Shown here one piece after another: positions 8,403 through 19,499 of a stretch of 43,287 bases of DNA. Each line of letters starts with the position of its first letter. The first letter of the stretch is position 1. The stretch spans positions 1 to 43,287 of the forward strand of contig RFNU01000189.1 of assembly GCA_009927065.1 (NCBI GenBank), written 5' to 3'. The notes beneath the pieces are model-generated. The model saw nothing but the letters and a program-made list of their open reading frames with translations. It made no database searches and was not told the origin of the DNA. The stretch comes from a bacterium. GTDB taxonomy: Bacteria > Pseudomonadota > Gammaproteobacteria > Berkiellales > Berkiellaceae. The position numbers were made by a program, and so were the translations under genes.

Positions 8403-8762
8403 ATGTGGGATCAGTATAAAGCTTTAGTATATTTTTTCTTATTCGGTCTAATAATAGCTACCATCCCTCTTTTTGTAAGCAAATTCATTGCTCCTAAAAA
8501 TCCTTCTGTTGATAAGCTCAAAAGTTATGAATGCGGATTCGACGCGTTTTCTGATGCTCGATTTCAATTTGATATACGATTTTATTTGATAGCTATTCTT
8601 TTTATTATTTTTGATTTAGAAATGGCATTTTTATTTCCTTGGGCAATACTTATCAAGTCAGGGTTACACTCTGAAGGTTTTTTTGCAATGATTGCTTTTT
8701 TAATTATGCTTTTTGCTGGATTTTGTTATGAATGGAAAAAAGGGGCCTTAGAATGGGAGTAG
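8403..8762 (+). CDS. nuoA: NADH-quinone oxidoreductase subunit A
   Basis: 119 aa, 3 hydrophobic helices, YECGF motif, first gene of the nuo cluster. Confidence 0.93.
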   Translation: MWDQYKALVYFFLFGLIIATIPLFVSKFIAPKNPSVDKLKSYECGFDAFSDARFQFDIRFYLIAILFIIFDLEMAFLFPWAILIKSGLHSEGFFAMIAFLIMLFAGFCYEWKKGALEWE

Positions 8763-9238
8763 AGCATCGTTCTCAAGAGTTGGGGTACATCACAGCCAGA
8801 CTGGAGGATTTAGTTGCTTGGGCCCGCTCAGGATCTGTTTGGCCAATGACTTTTGGATTGGCTTGTTGTGCCGTTGAGATGATGCATGCTGGTGCTTCTC
8901 GATTTGACCTCGATCGTTTTGGGATCATGCTGCGCCCAAGCCCGAGACAGTCTGATGTGATGATTATTGCAGGAACATTATGCAATAAGATGGCACCAGC
9001 ATTACGTCGCGTCTACGATCAGATGCCGGATCCTAAATGGGTTATTTCAATGGGATCTTGTGCTAACGGTGGTGGATACTATCATTATAGTTATTCAGTT
9101 GTACGGGGCTGCGATAGAATTGTTCCAGTCGATATTTATGTTCCTGGATGTCCGCCCACAGCAGAAGCATTAATTTATGGCATTTTACAATTACAAGAAA
9201 AAATCATGAATCAACATCGTAAGCAAGTTGAGCTATAA
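8753..9238 (+). CDS. nuoB: NADH-quinone oxidoreductase subunit B
   Basis: [25 protein letters not shown] and PGCPP (N2 cluster cysteines). The ATG at 8753 follows aagggg and overlaps the nuoA stop; the alternative start is 8732. Confidence 0.93.
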   Translation: MGVEHRSQELGYITARLEDLVAWARSGSVWPMTFGLACCAVEMMHAGASRFDLDRFGIMLRPSPRQSDVMIIAGTLCNKMAPALRRVYDQMPDPKWVISMGSCANGGGYYHYSYSVVRGCDRIVPVDIYVPGCPPTAEALIYGILQLQEKIMNQHRKQVEL

Positions 9239-9249
9239 GTGAGTTCTCT

Positions 9250-9879
9250 ATGAATTTAAAAAGTATTTTAACGAGCCTCTTGGGTGATGGAGTGAATTGC
9301 TCAAGCACTCCTCAAGGAGAAATACAACTTCAAGTTGATCATTTATTATACTTTCCAGTGGCTCAGAGCCTTTTAAGAAATAACATAGTGCCTTTTGAAC
9401 AGCTTATTGATTTAACAGTTGTTGATTTGCTTTTTTATGGAAAAAGTGATTGGAAAACCCAAAAAGCAACAATGCAAGGCTTTAGCAGAGCAGTGTTAGA
9501 AAAGGATTTCCAACATGCTCAGCAGCCTCAACGATTTGAACTCGTCACTCATTTTTTATCGTATAAGACAAATAGTCGAGTTCGTTTGAAGAGCTTTATT
9601 CCAACAACTTTAGAAATGATGAGTTTATCTGAGCTGTGGCCTAATGCAGATTGGCATGAAAGAGAAGCTTTTGATTTATTTGGGGTAATCTTTAAAAACC
9701 ATAAGGATTTAAGAAGGATTTTAACAGACTATGGATTCGTAGGATTTCCTTTTAGAAAAGATTTTCCTGTTATCGGCGAAGTTGAATTGAGATATGATTA
9801 TGAACAAAAACGATGCATCTATGAACCAACATCTATTGAGGATAGAACATTAACCCCCAAAGTCATAAGACAAAGTTAG
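9250..9879 (+). CDS. nuoC: NADH-quinone oxidoreductase subunit C (separate from D)
   Basis: 209 aa. 30-kDa subunit motif WHEREAFDLFGVIF. Confidence 0.92.
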   Translation: MNLKSILTSLLGDGVNCSSTPQGEIQLQVDHLLYFPVAQSLLRNNIVPFEQLIDLTVVDLLFYGKSDWKTQKATMQGFSRAVLEKDFQHAQQPQRFELVTHFLSYKTNSRVRLKSFIPTTLEMMSLSELWPNADWHEREAFDLFGVIFKNHKDLRRILTDYGFVGFPFRKDFPVIGEVELRYDYEQKRCIYEPTSIEDRTLTPKVIRQS

Positions 9880-9897
9880 TAAGAGAGGCTTATTTTT

Positions 9898-11151
9898 ATG
9901 ACTGAACTTAAAAGCTATACGCTTAATTTTGGACCACAACATCCAGGCGCACACGGTGTATTACGCTTAGTCTTAGAGCTTGATGGAGAGATCGTTTTAC
10001 GAGCTGACCCACATATTGGATTATTACATCGTGCTACAGAAAAATTGGCTGAAACAAAGCCATATAATCAATCGATCGGTTATATGGATAGACTCGATTA
10101 TGTTTCAATGATGTGTAATGAACACGCATATGTCTTGGCTATTGAGCAATTGCTTGGAGTCACTCCACCGTTGCGCGCGCAGTACATTAGAGTGATGTTT
10201 GATGAAATCACTCGTCTATTAAATCATCTCCTGTGGCTTGGAGCACATGGCTTAGATATTGGTGCAATGAGTATGTTTTTGTACTGTTTCAAAGAACGAG
10301 AGACGCTTATGGACTGTTACGAAGCAGTCTCTGGTGCTAGGATGCATGCAAATTACTATCGTCCTGGTGGAGTCCATCGTGATCTTCCGAAAAAAATGCC
10401 TTTATATCAACCCTATCCAGGACAAAACCCTAAAGATGTTGAGAAACTTAATGAGCATCGTCATGGATCTTTCTTAGATTTTCTACAAGAGTTTATTTTC
10501 CAGTTTCCAAAAAGAATAGACGAATATGAAACATTGCTTACTGACAATCGTATCTGGAAACAGCGATTAGTTGGAATAGGAGTATTGACTCCAGAAAGAG
10601 CGATCGCTTTAGGTATGACCGGCCCTATGCTGAGAGGTAGTGGAGTTGCTTGGGATTTACGAAAGAAACAGCCTTATGAGGTTTACCATCTTCTTGATTT
10701 TGACATTCCTATTGGGAAAGAAGGTGATTGTTATGATCGCTATTTAGTTCGCATAGAAGAAATGAGGCAATCAACAAAAATTATTCAGCAATGTATTGAT
10801 TGGCTTAGAATCAATCCAGGTATAGTAAAAGTCGATAATCATAAAATCACGCCACCGGAACAATCCCAGATGAAAGAAGGGATGGAGGAAATGATCCATC
10901 ATTTCAAATTGTTTAGCGAAGGATATTGTGTGCCTAAAGGGGAAATTTATAGTGCAATCGAACATCCTAAAGGAGAATTAGGTGTTTATTTAGTTTCTGA
11001 TGGAGCGAATAAACCTTATCGTATGAAAGTCAGAACAGCAAGTTTTACCCATTTATCAGCACTTAATGAAATGGTTAAAGGTCACATGCTTGCTGATGTT
11101 GTAACGATTATAGGGACAATGGATATTATTTTTGGGGAAATCGATAGATGA
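9898..11151 (+). CDS. nuoD: NADH-quinone oxidoreductase subunit D
   Basis: 417 aa. [16 protein letters not shown] near the N-terminus; ends IFGEIDR. Confidence 0.96.
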   Translation: MTELKSYTLNFGPQHPGAHGVLRLVLELDGEIVLRADPHIGLLHRATEKLAETKPYNQSIGYMDRLDYVSMMCNEHAYVLAIEQLLGVTPPLRAQYIRVMFDEITRLLNHLLWLGAHGLDIGAMSMFLYCFKERETLMDCYEAVSGARMHANYYRPGGVHRDLPKKMPLYQPYPGQNPKDVEKLNEHRHGSFLDFLQEFIFQFPKRIDEYETLLTDNRIWKQRLVGIGVLTPERAIALGMTGPMLRGSGVAWDLRKKQPYEVYHLLDFDIPIGKEGDCYDRYLVRIEEMRQSTKIIQQCIDWLRINPGIVKVDNHKITPPEQSQMKEGMEEMIHHFKLFSEGYCVPKGEIYSAIEHPKGELGVYLVSDGANKPYRMKVRTASFTHLSALNEMVKGHMLADVVTIIGTMDIIFGEIDR

Positions 11152-11633
11152 GGAATCCTCTTTTACCAGATGACGTGTATGCAGCGATAGATAAGGCAGT
11201 AGCAAAATACCCTGTCGGCCAACAACGTTCAGCAACAAAAGCTGCATTGATGTTAGTACAGCGTTTCAATAAAGGATACTTAACAACACCATTAATGGAT
11301 GCTGTTGCAGAGTATTTATTATTACCACCTATAGCTGTTTATGAAGTTGCAAGCTTTTATACTCTCTTTGAATCTGAGCCTGTTGGGGTATACAAAATAT
11401 CTCTTTGTACCAATGTTTCTTGCTATCTGCGTGGATGCGAAGATATTAAAGATTATCTTTTTAAGCGGTTGCAAATAAAATTTGGTGAAACCACTGAAGA
11501 TAAACGCTTTACTTTAAAAGAAGTAGAGTGTTTGGCTGCATGTACTCAAGCCCCTGCGATGCAAATTAATGGAGACTATCATGAAAATCTTACTCTTGAG
11601 TCCATTGAAAAGATTTTAGCTGAGTTGGAGTAA
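11148..11633 (+). CDS. nuoE: NADH-quinone oxidoreductase subunit E
   Basis: 161 aa. 2Fe-2S cysteines in [11 protein letters not shown] and [14 protein letters not shown] overlap with nuoD. Confidence 0.94.
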   Translation: MRNPLLPDDVYAAIDKAVAKYPVGQQRSATKAALMLVQRFNKGYLTTPLMDAVAEYLLLPPIAVYEVASFYTLFESEPVGVYKISLCTNVSCYLRGCEDIKDYLFKRLQIKFGETTEDKRFTLKEVECLAACTQAPAMQINGDYHENLTLESIEKILAELE

Positions 11634-11636
11634 AGA

Positions 11637-12893
11637 ATGATTTATAACCAAGTTTGCTATCGTACATTAGGAAGAGACAACCCATCCTCTCTTCAAGTCT
11701 ATCAACAGTTAGGCGGTTACAGCGTTATTAAAAAAATCCTTGATGAAAAACGCACTGCTGAAAGTATTATTGAAGAGTTAAAGCGCTCAAATCTTAGAGG
11801 AAGAGGTGGAGCTGGATTTCCTACAGGATTGAAATGGAGTTTTATGCCCATTCATCGTTCTGTTGAAAAATATGTTCTATGCAACTCTGATGAAAGCGAG
11901 CCTGGTGCATGTAAAGACAGAGATATTTTGCGATTTAATCCCCATCAAGTGATAGAAGGCATTATAATTGCTGCCTATGTGACCGGAGCTAAAGTCGGCT
12001 ACAACTATATGCGTGGAGAGTTTGAGAAAGAGCCTTATCAACGCATGGAGAAAGCATTACACGAAGCTTATCAAGCAGGATTTCTTGGAGAAAATATTCT
12101 TGGCTCAACATTTAGTTTTGATCTTCATAATGTTTTGGGGGCGGGATCTTATGTTTGTGGAGAAGAAACGGCCTTAATGGAGTCTCTTGAAGGAAAAAAA
12201 GGATTGCCTCGATTTAAACCCCCTTTTCCTGCAAATTTTGGATTATATGGGTGTCCAACTAATATTAATAATACTGAAACTTATGCTTCCGTTCCCGTTA
12301 TTTTACAACAAGGCAGCGACTGGTTTTCAAAACTAGGAAAACCTAATAATGGTGGTACAAAAATATTTAGTGTTTCAGGGCATGTGAATCGTCCAGGAAA
12401 TTATGAACTGAGTCTTGGTGTAAGTTTTAAAGATTTATTAAATCTTGCTGGGGGAGTCTGGAAAAATCGAGCTTTAAAAGCAGTTATACCCGGAGGATCA
12501 TCTACACCGATCTTACCTAAAGATATTATCCTAGAATGCACCATGGATTATGATAATTTAGCTAAAGCAGGATCACTATTAGGATCCGGCTCAGTCATAG
12601 TGCTTGATGAAACAACAGATATGCCTGCTTTATTGGAAAGAATTTCATTGTTCTACTATAGAGAGTCTTGCGGACAGTGTAGTCCTTGTCGTGAAGGTAC
12701 AGGTTGGCTGTGGCGCATATTGAACAGAATTAATAAAGGAGAGGGGAAGTTAGAAGATCTTGCAGAGCTTGATCGTGTTGCAAGCAATATAGCGGGTAGG
12801 ACTATTTGCGCTTTAGGAGATGCTGCCTCTATGCCTGTTCGATCATTTTTAAAACATTATCGTGATGAGTTCGAGCAAAAAATCAGGATATAG
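11637..12893 (+). CDS. nuoF: NADH-quinone oxidoreductase subunit F
   Basis: 418 aa. FMN/NADH site [14 protein letters not shown]3 cluster [10 protein letters not shown]. Confidence 0.96.
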   Translation: MIYNQVCYRTLGRDNPSSLQVYQQLGGYSVIKKILDEKRTAESIIEELKRSNLRGRGGAGFPTGLKWSFMPIHRSVEKYVLCNSDESEPGACKDRDILRFNPHQVIEGIIIAAYVTGAKVGYNYMRGEFEKEPYQRMEKALHEAYQAGFLGENILGSTFSFDLHNVLGAGSYVCGEETALMESLEGKKGLPRFKPPFPANFGLYGCPTNINNTETYASVPVILQQGSDWFSKLGKPNNGGTKIFSVSGHVNRPGNYELSLGVSFKDLLNLAGGVWKNRALKAVIPGGSSTPILPKDIILECTMDYDNLAKAGSLLGSGSVIVLDETTDMPALLERISLFYYRESCGQCSPCREGTGWLWRILNRINKGEGKLEDLAELDRVASNIAGRTICALGDAASMPVRSFLKHYRDEFEQKIRI

Positions 12894-12904
12894 GAAATAA
12901 CACA

Positions 12905-15139
12905 ATGAGTCTTACTATCACTATTGATGGCCAACAATATGAAGCAGAACAAGGAGCGATGATTATTGAAATCGCCGATAGAGTTGGAGTTAAGATTCCA
13001 AGATTCTGTTATCATCCATCACTCTCTATTGCCGCTAATTGTCGCATGTGTTTAGTAGAAACAAGTAATTCGTCTAGACCAGTGCCCGCGTGTGCAACTC
13101 CCATTATTGATGGAATGGTTGTTTCCACTTTAAGTCAGAAAACACAAGACGCACAAAAATCAGTCTTGGAATTTTTGCTGATCAATCATCCTTTAGATTG
13201 TCCTATTTGTGATCAAGGAGGTGAATGCGAGCTTCAAGATTTATCATTAGAATATGGAAATAATCAAAGCTATTATCATGAAACAAAAAGAACAGTTCCT
13301 GATTTAAGTTTAGGACCACTTATTGCAACTGATATGACACGTTGTATTCATTGTACTCGCTGTGTTCGTTTTGGGACAGAAATTGCAGGAATAAGAGAAA
13401 TGGGTGCCACTGGCCGCACAGAGTTTATGCGTATAGGAACCTTTTTAGAATCTGAATTGAGATCTGAGCTGTCGGGTAATATTATTGATTTGTGTCCTGT
13501 TGGGGCGTTAACATCAAAACCTAATAGATTTATTGGGCGCTCATGGGAGTTTAAGCAGAAAGACGGTCTTGCTATACATGATAGTTGTTTTTCATCAGTA
13601 CATTGGAATGTTTTGCACGATCAACTTAAAAGAGTTTTACCCAGAGCAAATGATAGAATGAATGAAATATGGTTGAGCGATAGAGATAGATTTTCTTACC
13701 TTGGCTTGAATCATCTTAGTCGCTTAAATTCCCCTAAGATAAAAATCAATAATCAATGGGTGACTTGCAGTTGGAATAGAGCGATCGAAGAAATTAAATA
13801 TCTTGTTCAGCATCACCAGGCTGACTCTATAACAGGGCTTTATCACTCAATAGTCTCAATGGAAGAGTCCAAATTATTTAACGAATTAATTTTACGATTA
13901 ACCGGCAATCAAAAAATAGGATATCTTGTTAATCACTCAGATACTTTTAGTTCACCATTACCATTTACATGTGCTGACCTTAAAAATCAGCCTTTATTGA
14001 TCATTGGAACAAATTTTAATTTAGAACACCCTATATTAGCGCATCATGTGCGCCAATCATTATTCCAAGGCAATAATGTTTTTCATATAGGTTCGCTTGA
14101 TGAACAAATGGGGATGCAAGGCTTAAAGCAAATAGTCAAAAACCCTCAGGATTTCACACAAACACTTATTAATATTTTAAAGAAAGATGTTTCCCCTGCT
14201 CTTTCTGATCAAGATCAATTCTTTAAAAACGAATTAATCAGTTCAAATCAACCGTTCAATATCTTATTGAGTGCATCGATGCGATATTGCTTTGATTATG
14301 ATCATATTATCGAATTAGCGCATGAACTAGTTGCACTTTATGGGGGTAAAGTAGGGGTCTTAAGTCAAGCTAATGCTATTGGTTGTCAACAACAAATCCC
14401 AGATAGAGAGTTTTTTGATTATCAATGCAAATTAGCATTTACCTTGCATTTAGAGCCAGAAGATTATGCTCATGATCAAAAAGCGAGAGAATGGATTGAG
14501 AACGCAGATGACTTGATTGCTTTAACAGCATTTGAGCATCCAAGTGTTATGCAAAAAGCAACCATCATGTTACCCGCTGGCTTATTAGCTGAGAATGAGG
14601 GTCACTATTTCAATTGCTTTGGAGCGGCTGAATTTTCCAACCAAGGTGTTCATGGATTAGGCGAAACAAAACCAGCTTGGAAAATTTTGGCAGTTCTGAT
14701 CGAAACTTTAACCACAATCGATACAGTATATCGTTCTGTTCATGATATTCCCGTCAACTCTCAACACTCTCAACATACTGGCCTAAAAACAAAAAAACCT
14801 TTGATATCATATGATATCGATCAAAAAAACCATTCTCTTTTAGTCATTCAACATCCATATGCATTAGATCCTTTGTTACGTCGTAGTGAGGCTTTGCAGG
14901 CAACACAAGATGCTTTATTGCGTCACGAACTTTGGCTCAGCTCTGATCTTTTCGCACTCTACTCACTCAAAAATGGCGAAAAAGTAAGACTGGTTTTTAA
15001 TGATGGCTCTTCTTTTGAAAAATCAGTGAGAGAAGAAAATAAATTAGCAGGTAATACAATCATTTATTGGGCCGGATTATTTTATGAAGAAGTGCCTGTC
15101 ATCAGTGGTCCTGTTCAATTAAGGAAGGTGTCGTTTTGA
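12905..15139 (+). CDS. nuoG: NADH-quinone oxidoreductase subunit G
   Basis: 744 aa. CYHPSLSIAANCRMCLVE, HPLDCPICDQGGECELQD, RCIHCTRCVRF and CPVGAL cluster motifs. Confidence 0.95.
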   Translation: MSLTITIDGQQYEAEQGAMIIEIADRVGVKIPRFCYHPSLSIAANCRMCLVETSNSSRPVPACATPIIDGMVVSTLSQKTQDAQKSVLEFLLINHPLDCPICDQGGECELQDLSLEYGNNQSYYHETKRTVPDLSLGPLIATDMTRCIHCTRCVRFGTEIAGIREMGATGRTEFMRIGTFLESELRSELSGNIIDLCPVGALTSKPNRFIGRSWEFKQKDGLAIHDSCFSSVHWNVLHDQLKRVLPRANDRMNEIWLSDRDRFSYLGLNHLSRLNSPKIKINNQWVTCSWNRAIEEIKYLVQHHQADSITGLYHSIVSMEESKLFNELILRLTGNQKIGYLVNHSDTFSSPLPFTCADLKNQPLLIIGTNFNLEHPILAHHVRQSLFQGNNVFHIGSLDEQMGMQGLKQIVKNPQDFTQTLINILKKDVSPALSDQDQFFKNELISSNQPFNILLSASMRYCFDYDHIIELAHELVALYGGKVGVLSQANAIGCQQQIPDREFFDYQCKLAFTLHLEPEDYAHDQKAREWIENADDLIALTAFEHPSVMQKATIMLPAGLLAENEGHYFNCFGAAEFSNQGVHGLGETKPAWKILAVLIETLTTIDTVYRSVHDIPVNSQHSQHTGLKTKKPLISYDIDQKNHSLLVIQHPYALDPLLRRSEALQATQDALLRHELWLSSDLFALYSLKNGEKVRLVFNDGSSFEKSVREENKLAGNTIIYWAGLFYEEVPVISGPVQLRKVSF

Positions 15140-16152
15140 TTATTCCTATTATTTTGCAAGAAATCTTAAAAACATTGATCGTTGTTATAAGTGTTCTGTT
15201 AGGAATGGCTTATTTAACGTACGCTGAGCGTCGAGTTATTGGTTTTATACAATCACGATTAGGCCCCAACAGGGTAGGTCCATACGGATTATTGCAACCA
15301 TTTGCTGATGGTTTGAAATTAATTGCAAAAGAAAGTATTCAGCCGACGCTTTCGAATAAAGGATTATTTCAGGCCGCTCCCATTATTGCTTTTACTACCG
15401 CCATAGCTGTATGGGGATTGCTACCGATTAGCCCAAAGGGTTTTTTTGTAGAGAGCGACATAGGATTGTTGATGTTATTAACATTGAACTCTATAGGCGT
15501 GTACGGGATTATGATTGCCGGCTGGGCTTCAAATTCAAAATATGCACTTTTAGGATCATTACGCTCAGCAGCACAGGTGCTTTCCTATGAAATAGGTATG
15601 GGAGTTTCTTTTATTGCCGTTATTATGGCCTCAGGTAGTATGAATTTGAAGCAAATTATTCTTGGACAAACAGGATCTATTTTAAATTGGTATATTATTC
15701 CGCTTTTTCCTCTTTTTATTATTTATTGGATCTGTGCGTTAGCAGAAACCAATCGATTACCTTTTGATGTTGCTGAAGGAGAGTCAGAGCTCGTCGGTGG
15801 TTACCATGTTGAATATTCAGGATGGAATTTCGCATTATTTTTTCTTGCTGAATATATAAATATGATCGTTGTTTCTGTCTTAGCGACTATTTTGTTTTTG
15901 GGAGGATATCTATCGCCCTTCGAAAATACATTCATAGGCCTGTATTTACAATGGATACCGCCGACTTTTTGGCTTATGTTAAAAACAGCGGTTATGTTAT
16001 TTTCATTTCTTTGGATTAGAGCAACATTACCTAGATATCGATACGATCAACTGATGCGACTAGGATGGAAAATACTGATTCCTAGCGCTTGTCTTTGGTT
16101 GTTTCTTGTTATGTTCATGGCTCAATACCATGTTGGACCATGGTTTAAATAG
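15136..16152 (+). CDS. nuoH: NADH-quinone oxidoreductase subunit H
   Basis: 338 aa. TTG start overlapping the nuoG stop. [32 protein letters not shown]. Confidence 0.95.
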   Translation: MIIPIILQEILKTLIVVISVLLGMAYLTYAERRVIGFIQSRLGPNRVGPYGLLQPFADGLKLIAKESIQPTLSNKGLFQAAPIIAFTTAIAVWGLLPISPKGFFVESDIGLLMLLTLNSIGVYGIMIAGWASNSKYALLGSLRSAAQVLSYEIGMGVSFIAVIMASGSMNLKQIILGQTGSILNWYIIPLFPLFIIYWICALAETNRLPFDVAEGESELVGGYHVEYSGWNFALFFLAEYINMIVVSVLATILFLGGYLSPFENTFIGLYLQWIPPTFWLMLKTAVMLFSFLWIRATLPRYRYDQLMRLGWKILIPSACLWLFLVMFMAQYHVGPWFK

Positions 16153-16160
16153 GAATTATC

Positions 16161-16640
16161 ATGAAAAAATATTCATATGCAAAAGGATTATATCAGTGGT
16201 TACTCGTTGATATCATTCAAGGGCTATCTTTAACAGCGAGTTATTTTTTCGCAAGAAAAATTACAATAGCTTACCCTGAGCAAGAAATACCTCGTTCATC
16301 TCGGTTTAGAGGTATTCACGCATTAAGGAAATATCCTAATGGAGAAGAACGTTGTATTGCTTGCAAGTTATGTGAAGCCGTCTGTCCTGCGTTAGCTATT
16401 ACAATTGATTCTCATGAACGTGAAGATGGCTCTAGAAGAACAACACGTTATGAAATAGATCTTTTTAAATGTATTTTTTGTGGTTTATGTGAAGAGAGCT
16501 GTCCTGTAGATGCAATAGTGGAAACTAAACAATCACATTATGCTATTTTGGAGAGAGGATATAATATTTTAGATAAACCGTTGTTATTAGCCCTTGGTGA
16601 GCGTTATGAAGAAGAAATTGCGCACGATCGATTACAATAA
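16161..16640 (+). CDS. nuoI: NADH-quinone oxidoreductase subunit I
   Basis: 159 aa. Two 4Fe-4S motifs, [12 protein letters not shown] and [12 protein letters not shown]. Confidence 0.96.
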   Translation: MKKYSYAKGLYQWLLVDIIQGLSLTASYFFARKITIAYPEQEIPRSSRFRGIHALRKYPNGEERCIACKLCEAVCPALAITIDSHEREDGSRRTTRYEIDLFKCIFCGLCEESCPVDAIVETKQSHYAILERGYNILDKPLLLALGERYEEEIAHDRLQ

Positions 16641-16658
16641 GAATACAAGGAGTCATTC

Positions 16659-17240
16659 ATGGATCTTAAAGTAGCCTTCCTTAATCTGTCTAGCCTAATC
16701 GCTTTAATGACTGCTATCTATATGATTCATGAAACTAATCCTGTTCGTTCAGCCTTTGCTCTGATCGGCGTTTTTTTGCTAACAGCTATTCATTGGTTTT
16801 TATCTCAAGCAGAATTTTTAGCAGTTATGTTGATTCTGGTTTATGTTGGCGCTGTTATGGTCCTCTTTCTTTTTGTCATCATGATGATTCAAGAGCCAGT
16901 AGTAAAAACGAAAAAACTAAGAATATTCTTTTTTCAGGCGTTAATCTCGCTATTAACGCTTGGGTGCGCCTTACAAATCATGCATCCTTATATCGCTGAC
17001 TTGCTCAAAACGATATCTCCAAGTAAAAGTCAAATAACATTTCATATGTTAGCGCAGACATTATTTAGTCAATATCTTTTTCCTTTTGAATTATGCGGCA
17101 TTATTTTGTTAGCAGCGATGATATCTGCTGTCTCGTTAACACTGAGAGGACCTAGAAATCGTCGCGCTCAAGAGATCGAACAACAGATCCAAGCTCAAAA
17201 AAAAGAACGCCTTATTTTAATTAAAGACATGCAGCCATAA
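16659..17240 (+). CDS. nuoJ: NADH-quinone oxidoreductase subunit J
   Basis: 193 aa, polytopic membrane protein at the nuoJ position, YVGAVMVLFLFVIMM. Confidence 0.9.
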   Translation: MDLKVAFLNLSSLIALMTAIYMIHETNPVRSAFALIGVFLLTAIHWFLSQAEFLAVMLILVYVGAVMVLFLFVIMMIQEPVVKTKKLRIFFFQALISLLTLGCALQIMHPYIADLLKTISPSKSQITFHMLAQTLFSQYLFPFELCGIILLAAMISAVSLTLRGPRNRRAQEIEQQIQAQKKERLILIKDMQP

Positions 17241-17257
17241 AACAAGGATCCAGAATA

Positions 17258-17557
17258 ATGGAGTCATTAATACATTATTATGCCACAGCACTTTTTTTGA
17301 TTGGACTCATTGGATTATTACGCCATCGAGATCATTTAATAATGTTTTTGATGTGCTTAGAGTTAATGTTGTTGGGGGTGAATACAAATTTCATAGGTTT
17401 TGCATCGATTCATGGCCAAAGTGCTGGTCAAATCATAGTATTTTTCATTTTAACAGTAGCTGCAGCTGAAGTTGCTATTGGGTTGGCATTACTCATCCTT
17501 CTTTTTAGACAGAAAAAATCTGTAACTATTCAAACCATTACTGAGTTACGAGGGTGA
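17258..17557 (+). CDS. nuoK: NADH-quinone oxidoreductase subunit K
   Basis: 99 aa, 3 TM segments, CLELMLLGVN with the conserved membrane Glu. Confidence 0.93.
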   Translation: MESLIHYYATALFLIGLIGLLRHRDHLIMFLMCLELMLLGVNTNFIGFASIHGQSAGQIIVFFILTVAAAEVAIGLALLILLFRQKKSVTIQTITELRG

Positions 17558-17561
17558 TCGC

Positions 17562-19487
17562 ATGTTGCTTCAAACTTTATCACATTTGCTTTTAATCACC
17601 CCTTTGATGGGGGCGATTTTTGCTGGAACAGTTGGTTTGCATTTAAAACCACGATGGGCTCAATCTATGACAATTGCGAGCGTCAGTGTCAGCTGTTTTA
17701 TATCTTGGTTTTTATTTTACTATGGTGTAGGACTGACTGAAGCTAGTCACATTCATTTATTTTCATGGTTGAAATTCAATAATTTTACAGTAGATTGGGC
17801 CTATCTTATTGATACTCCTTCTATGATCATGATCCTTGTGGTGACGTCAATCTCATTGTTAGTACATATTTATTCGTTAGGGTATATGAAGGATGACTTG
17901 AGTCAACCACGCTTTTTTGCTTATTTATCTCTTTTTACTTTCATGATGTTATCGCTAGTAATGGCAAATAACTTAATTATGATGTTTTTTGGCTGGGAAG
18001 GCGTTGGTTTAGTTTCTTATTTATTAATTGGATTTTGGATGGGAAGGCCTTCTGCAGCGAATGCTAATATAAAAGCATTTATTGTTAATCGTTTTGGAGA
18101 TATAGCTTTATTCTTAGCTATTGCTATGATTTATAAAAATTTTAATTCTTTTAATTACAGTGAAATTCTTGTTTCAAACACTGTGGAGGGATTATCTTCT
18201 GTGATGATGTCTTCGTCGTTCAATGTTATTGATGTGATTTGTGGCTTGATTTTCATCAGTGTTATGACAAAATCAGCTCAGATACCTTTTTACTTTTGGT
18301 TCCCAGATTCAATGGAAGGACCTACTCCAATTTCAGCGTTAATTCATGCCGCAACCATGGTGACAGCAGGAATTTTTTTAGTGATTCGAATGGCGCCATT
18401 TTTTATCCTAAGTCCTATAGTCTCTTCCTTGATGATTTTGATTGGTGGATTAACGATTATTTCAGCGGGTGCTATTGCTTTAGTTCAGGATGATATTAAA
18501 CGTGTCATAGCATACTCAACAATTTCTCAACTAGGGTATATGGTTTTATCGTTGGGATTATCTGCTTATACATTTGCATTGTTTCATTTAGCAACGCATG
18601 CTGTTTTTAAATCATTACTATTTTTAGCTGCTGGTGGCGTTATTATGACGTTTAATCATCAACAAAATATGAATACTATGGGCGGATTAATAAAATCTCA
18701 TCCATTACTCACTTTGCTGATGGCTATCGGTTTGTTGTCATTAATGGGATTTCCTGGCTTAGCAGGTTTTTTTTCAAAAGATCTTATTGTTGAAACAGCT
18801 GTACATCAACACCATGCTTTTGCGTACGCATCATCGATGATCGGTCTATTTTTAACATCTCTTTACAGCTATCGACTTTTTTATAAAGTTTGTATCGTAA
18901 GAAGTATGACTCAAATAACAAAGCATCATATTCCTTTCTCAATTTATCTGGTATTAGGGCTGTTAGCCTCCATGTCTTTTTTAGTTGGACCTTTAGGGTT
19001 CCAATATATTAAAGACTCTTTTGTTGATGGTGTTGGATTGTACGATCGACTGCTCATTCAGGAGATTATTGATCGTGATGTTAATTTGATAGAGATTATT
19101 CTTGTAGGTTTTACAAGACTACCTTTATTAATCACGGTTGCTTCTGTATTTATTATTCATCATGTTTATAAGGGATCATTATTTAATCTCAGTTATTTTG
19201 TCATGCATCATTTTAATTTTATTTCTCGAGCGCTCAAAGTTGAATTTGCTTTTAATTGGGTTGCCACAGTACTCATAGCACCTCTTTTTTACCACATTGG
19301 CCGCTTGGCAAATAATGTGATCGAGTCTTTTTTTATCGATCGTTTTATTGTTGATGGGTCTTCTAAAATTGTTTTAAGAATTAGCCAATCTCTTCAATAT
19401 CTGCAATCAGGTTTTGTGCAATATTACTTTTGTGGCAGTTTGATAGGGGTGTGTACATTGTTTCTTATGATGAATTATTATGCTTAA
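17562..19487 (+). CDS. nuoL: NADH-quinone oxidoreductase subunit L
   Basis: 641 aa. Antiporter-like, FGWEGVGLVSYLLIGFW and SALIHAATMVTAG. Confidence 0.95.
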   Translation: MLLQTLSHLLLITPLMGAIFAGTVGLHLKPRWAQSMTIASVSVSCFISWFLFYYGVGLTEASHIHLFSWLKFNNFTVDWAYLIDTPSMIMILVVTSISLLVHIYSLGYMKDDLSQPRFFAYLSLFTFMMLSLVMANNLIMMFFGWEGVGLVSYLLIGFWMGRPSAANANIKAFIVNRFGDIALFLAIAMIYKNFNSFNYSEILVSNTVEGLSSVMMSSSFNVIDVICGLIFISVMTKSAQIPFYFWFPDSMEGPTPISALIHAATMVTAGIFLVIRMAPFFILSPIVSSLMILIGGLTIISAGAIALVQDDIKRVIAYSTISQLGYMVLSLGLSAYTFALFHLATHAVFKSLLFLAAGGVIMTFNHQQNMNTMGGLIKSHPLLTLLMAIGLLSLMGFPGLAGFFSKDLIVETAVHQHHAFAYASSMIGLFLTSLYSYRLFYKVCIVRSMTQITKHHIPFSIYLVLGLLASMSFLVGPLGFQYIKDSFVDGVGLYDRLLIQEIIDRDVNLIEIILVGFTRLPLLITVASVFIIHHVYKGSLFNLSYFVMHHFNFISRALKVEFAFNWVATVLIAPLFYHIGRLANNVIESFFIDRFIVDGSSKIVLRISQSLQYLQSGFVQYYFCGSLIGVCTLFLMMNYYA

Positions 19488-19499
19488 AAGGAAATATTC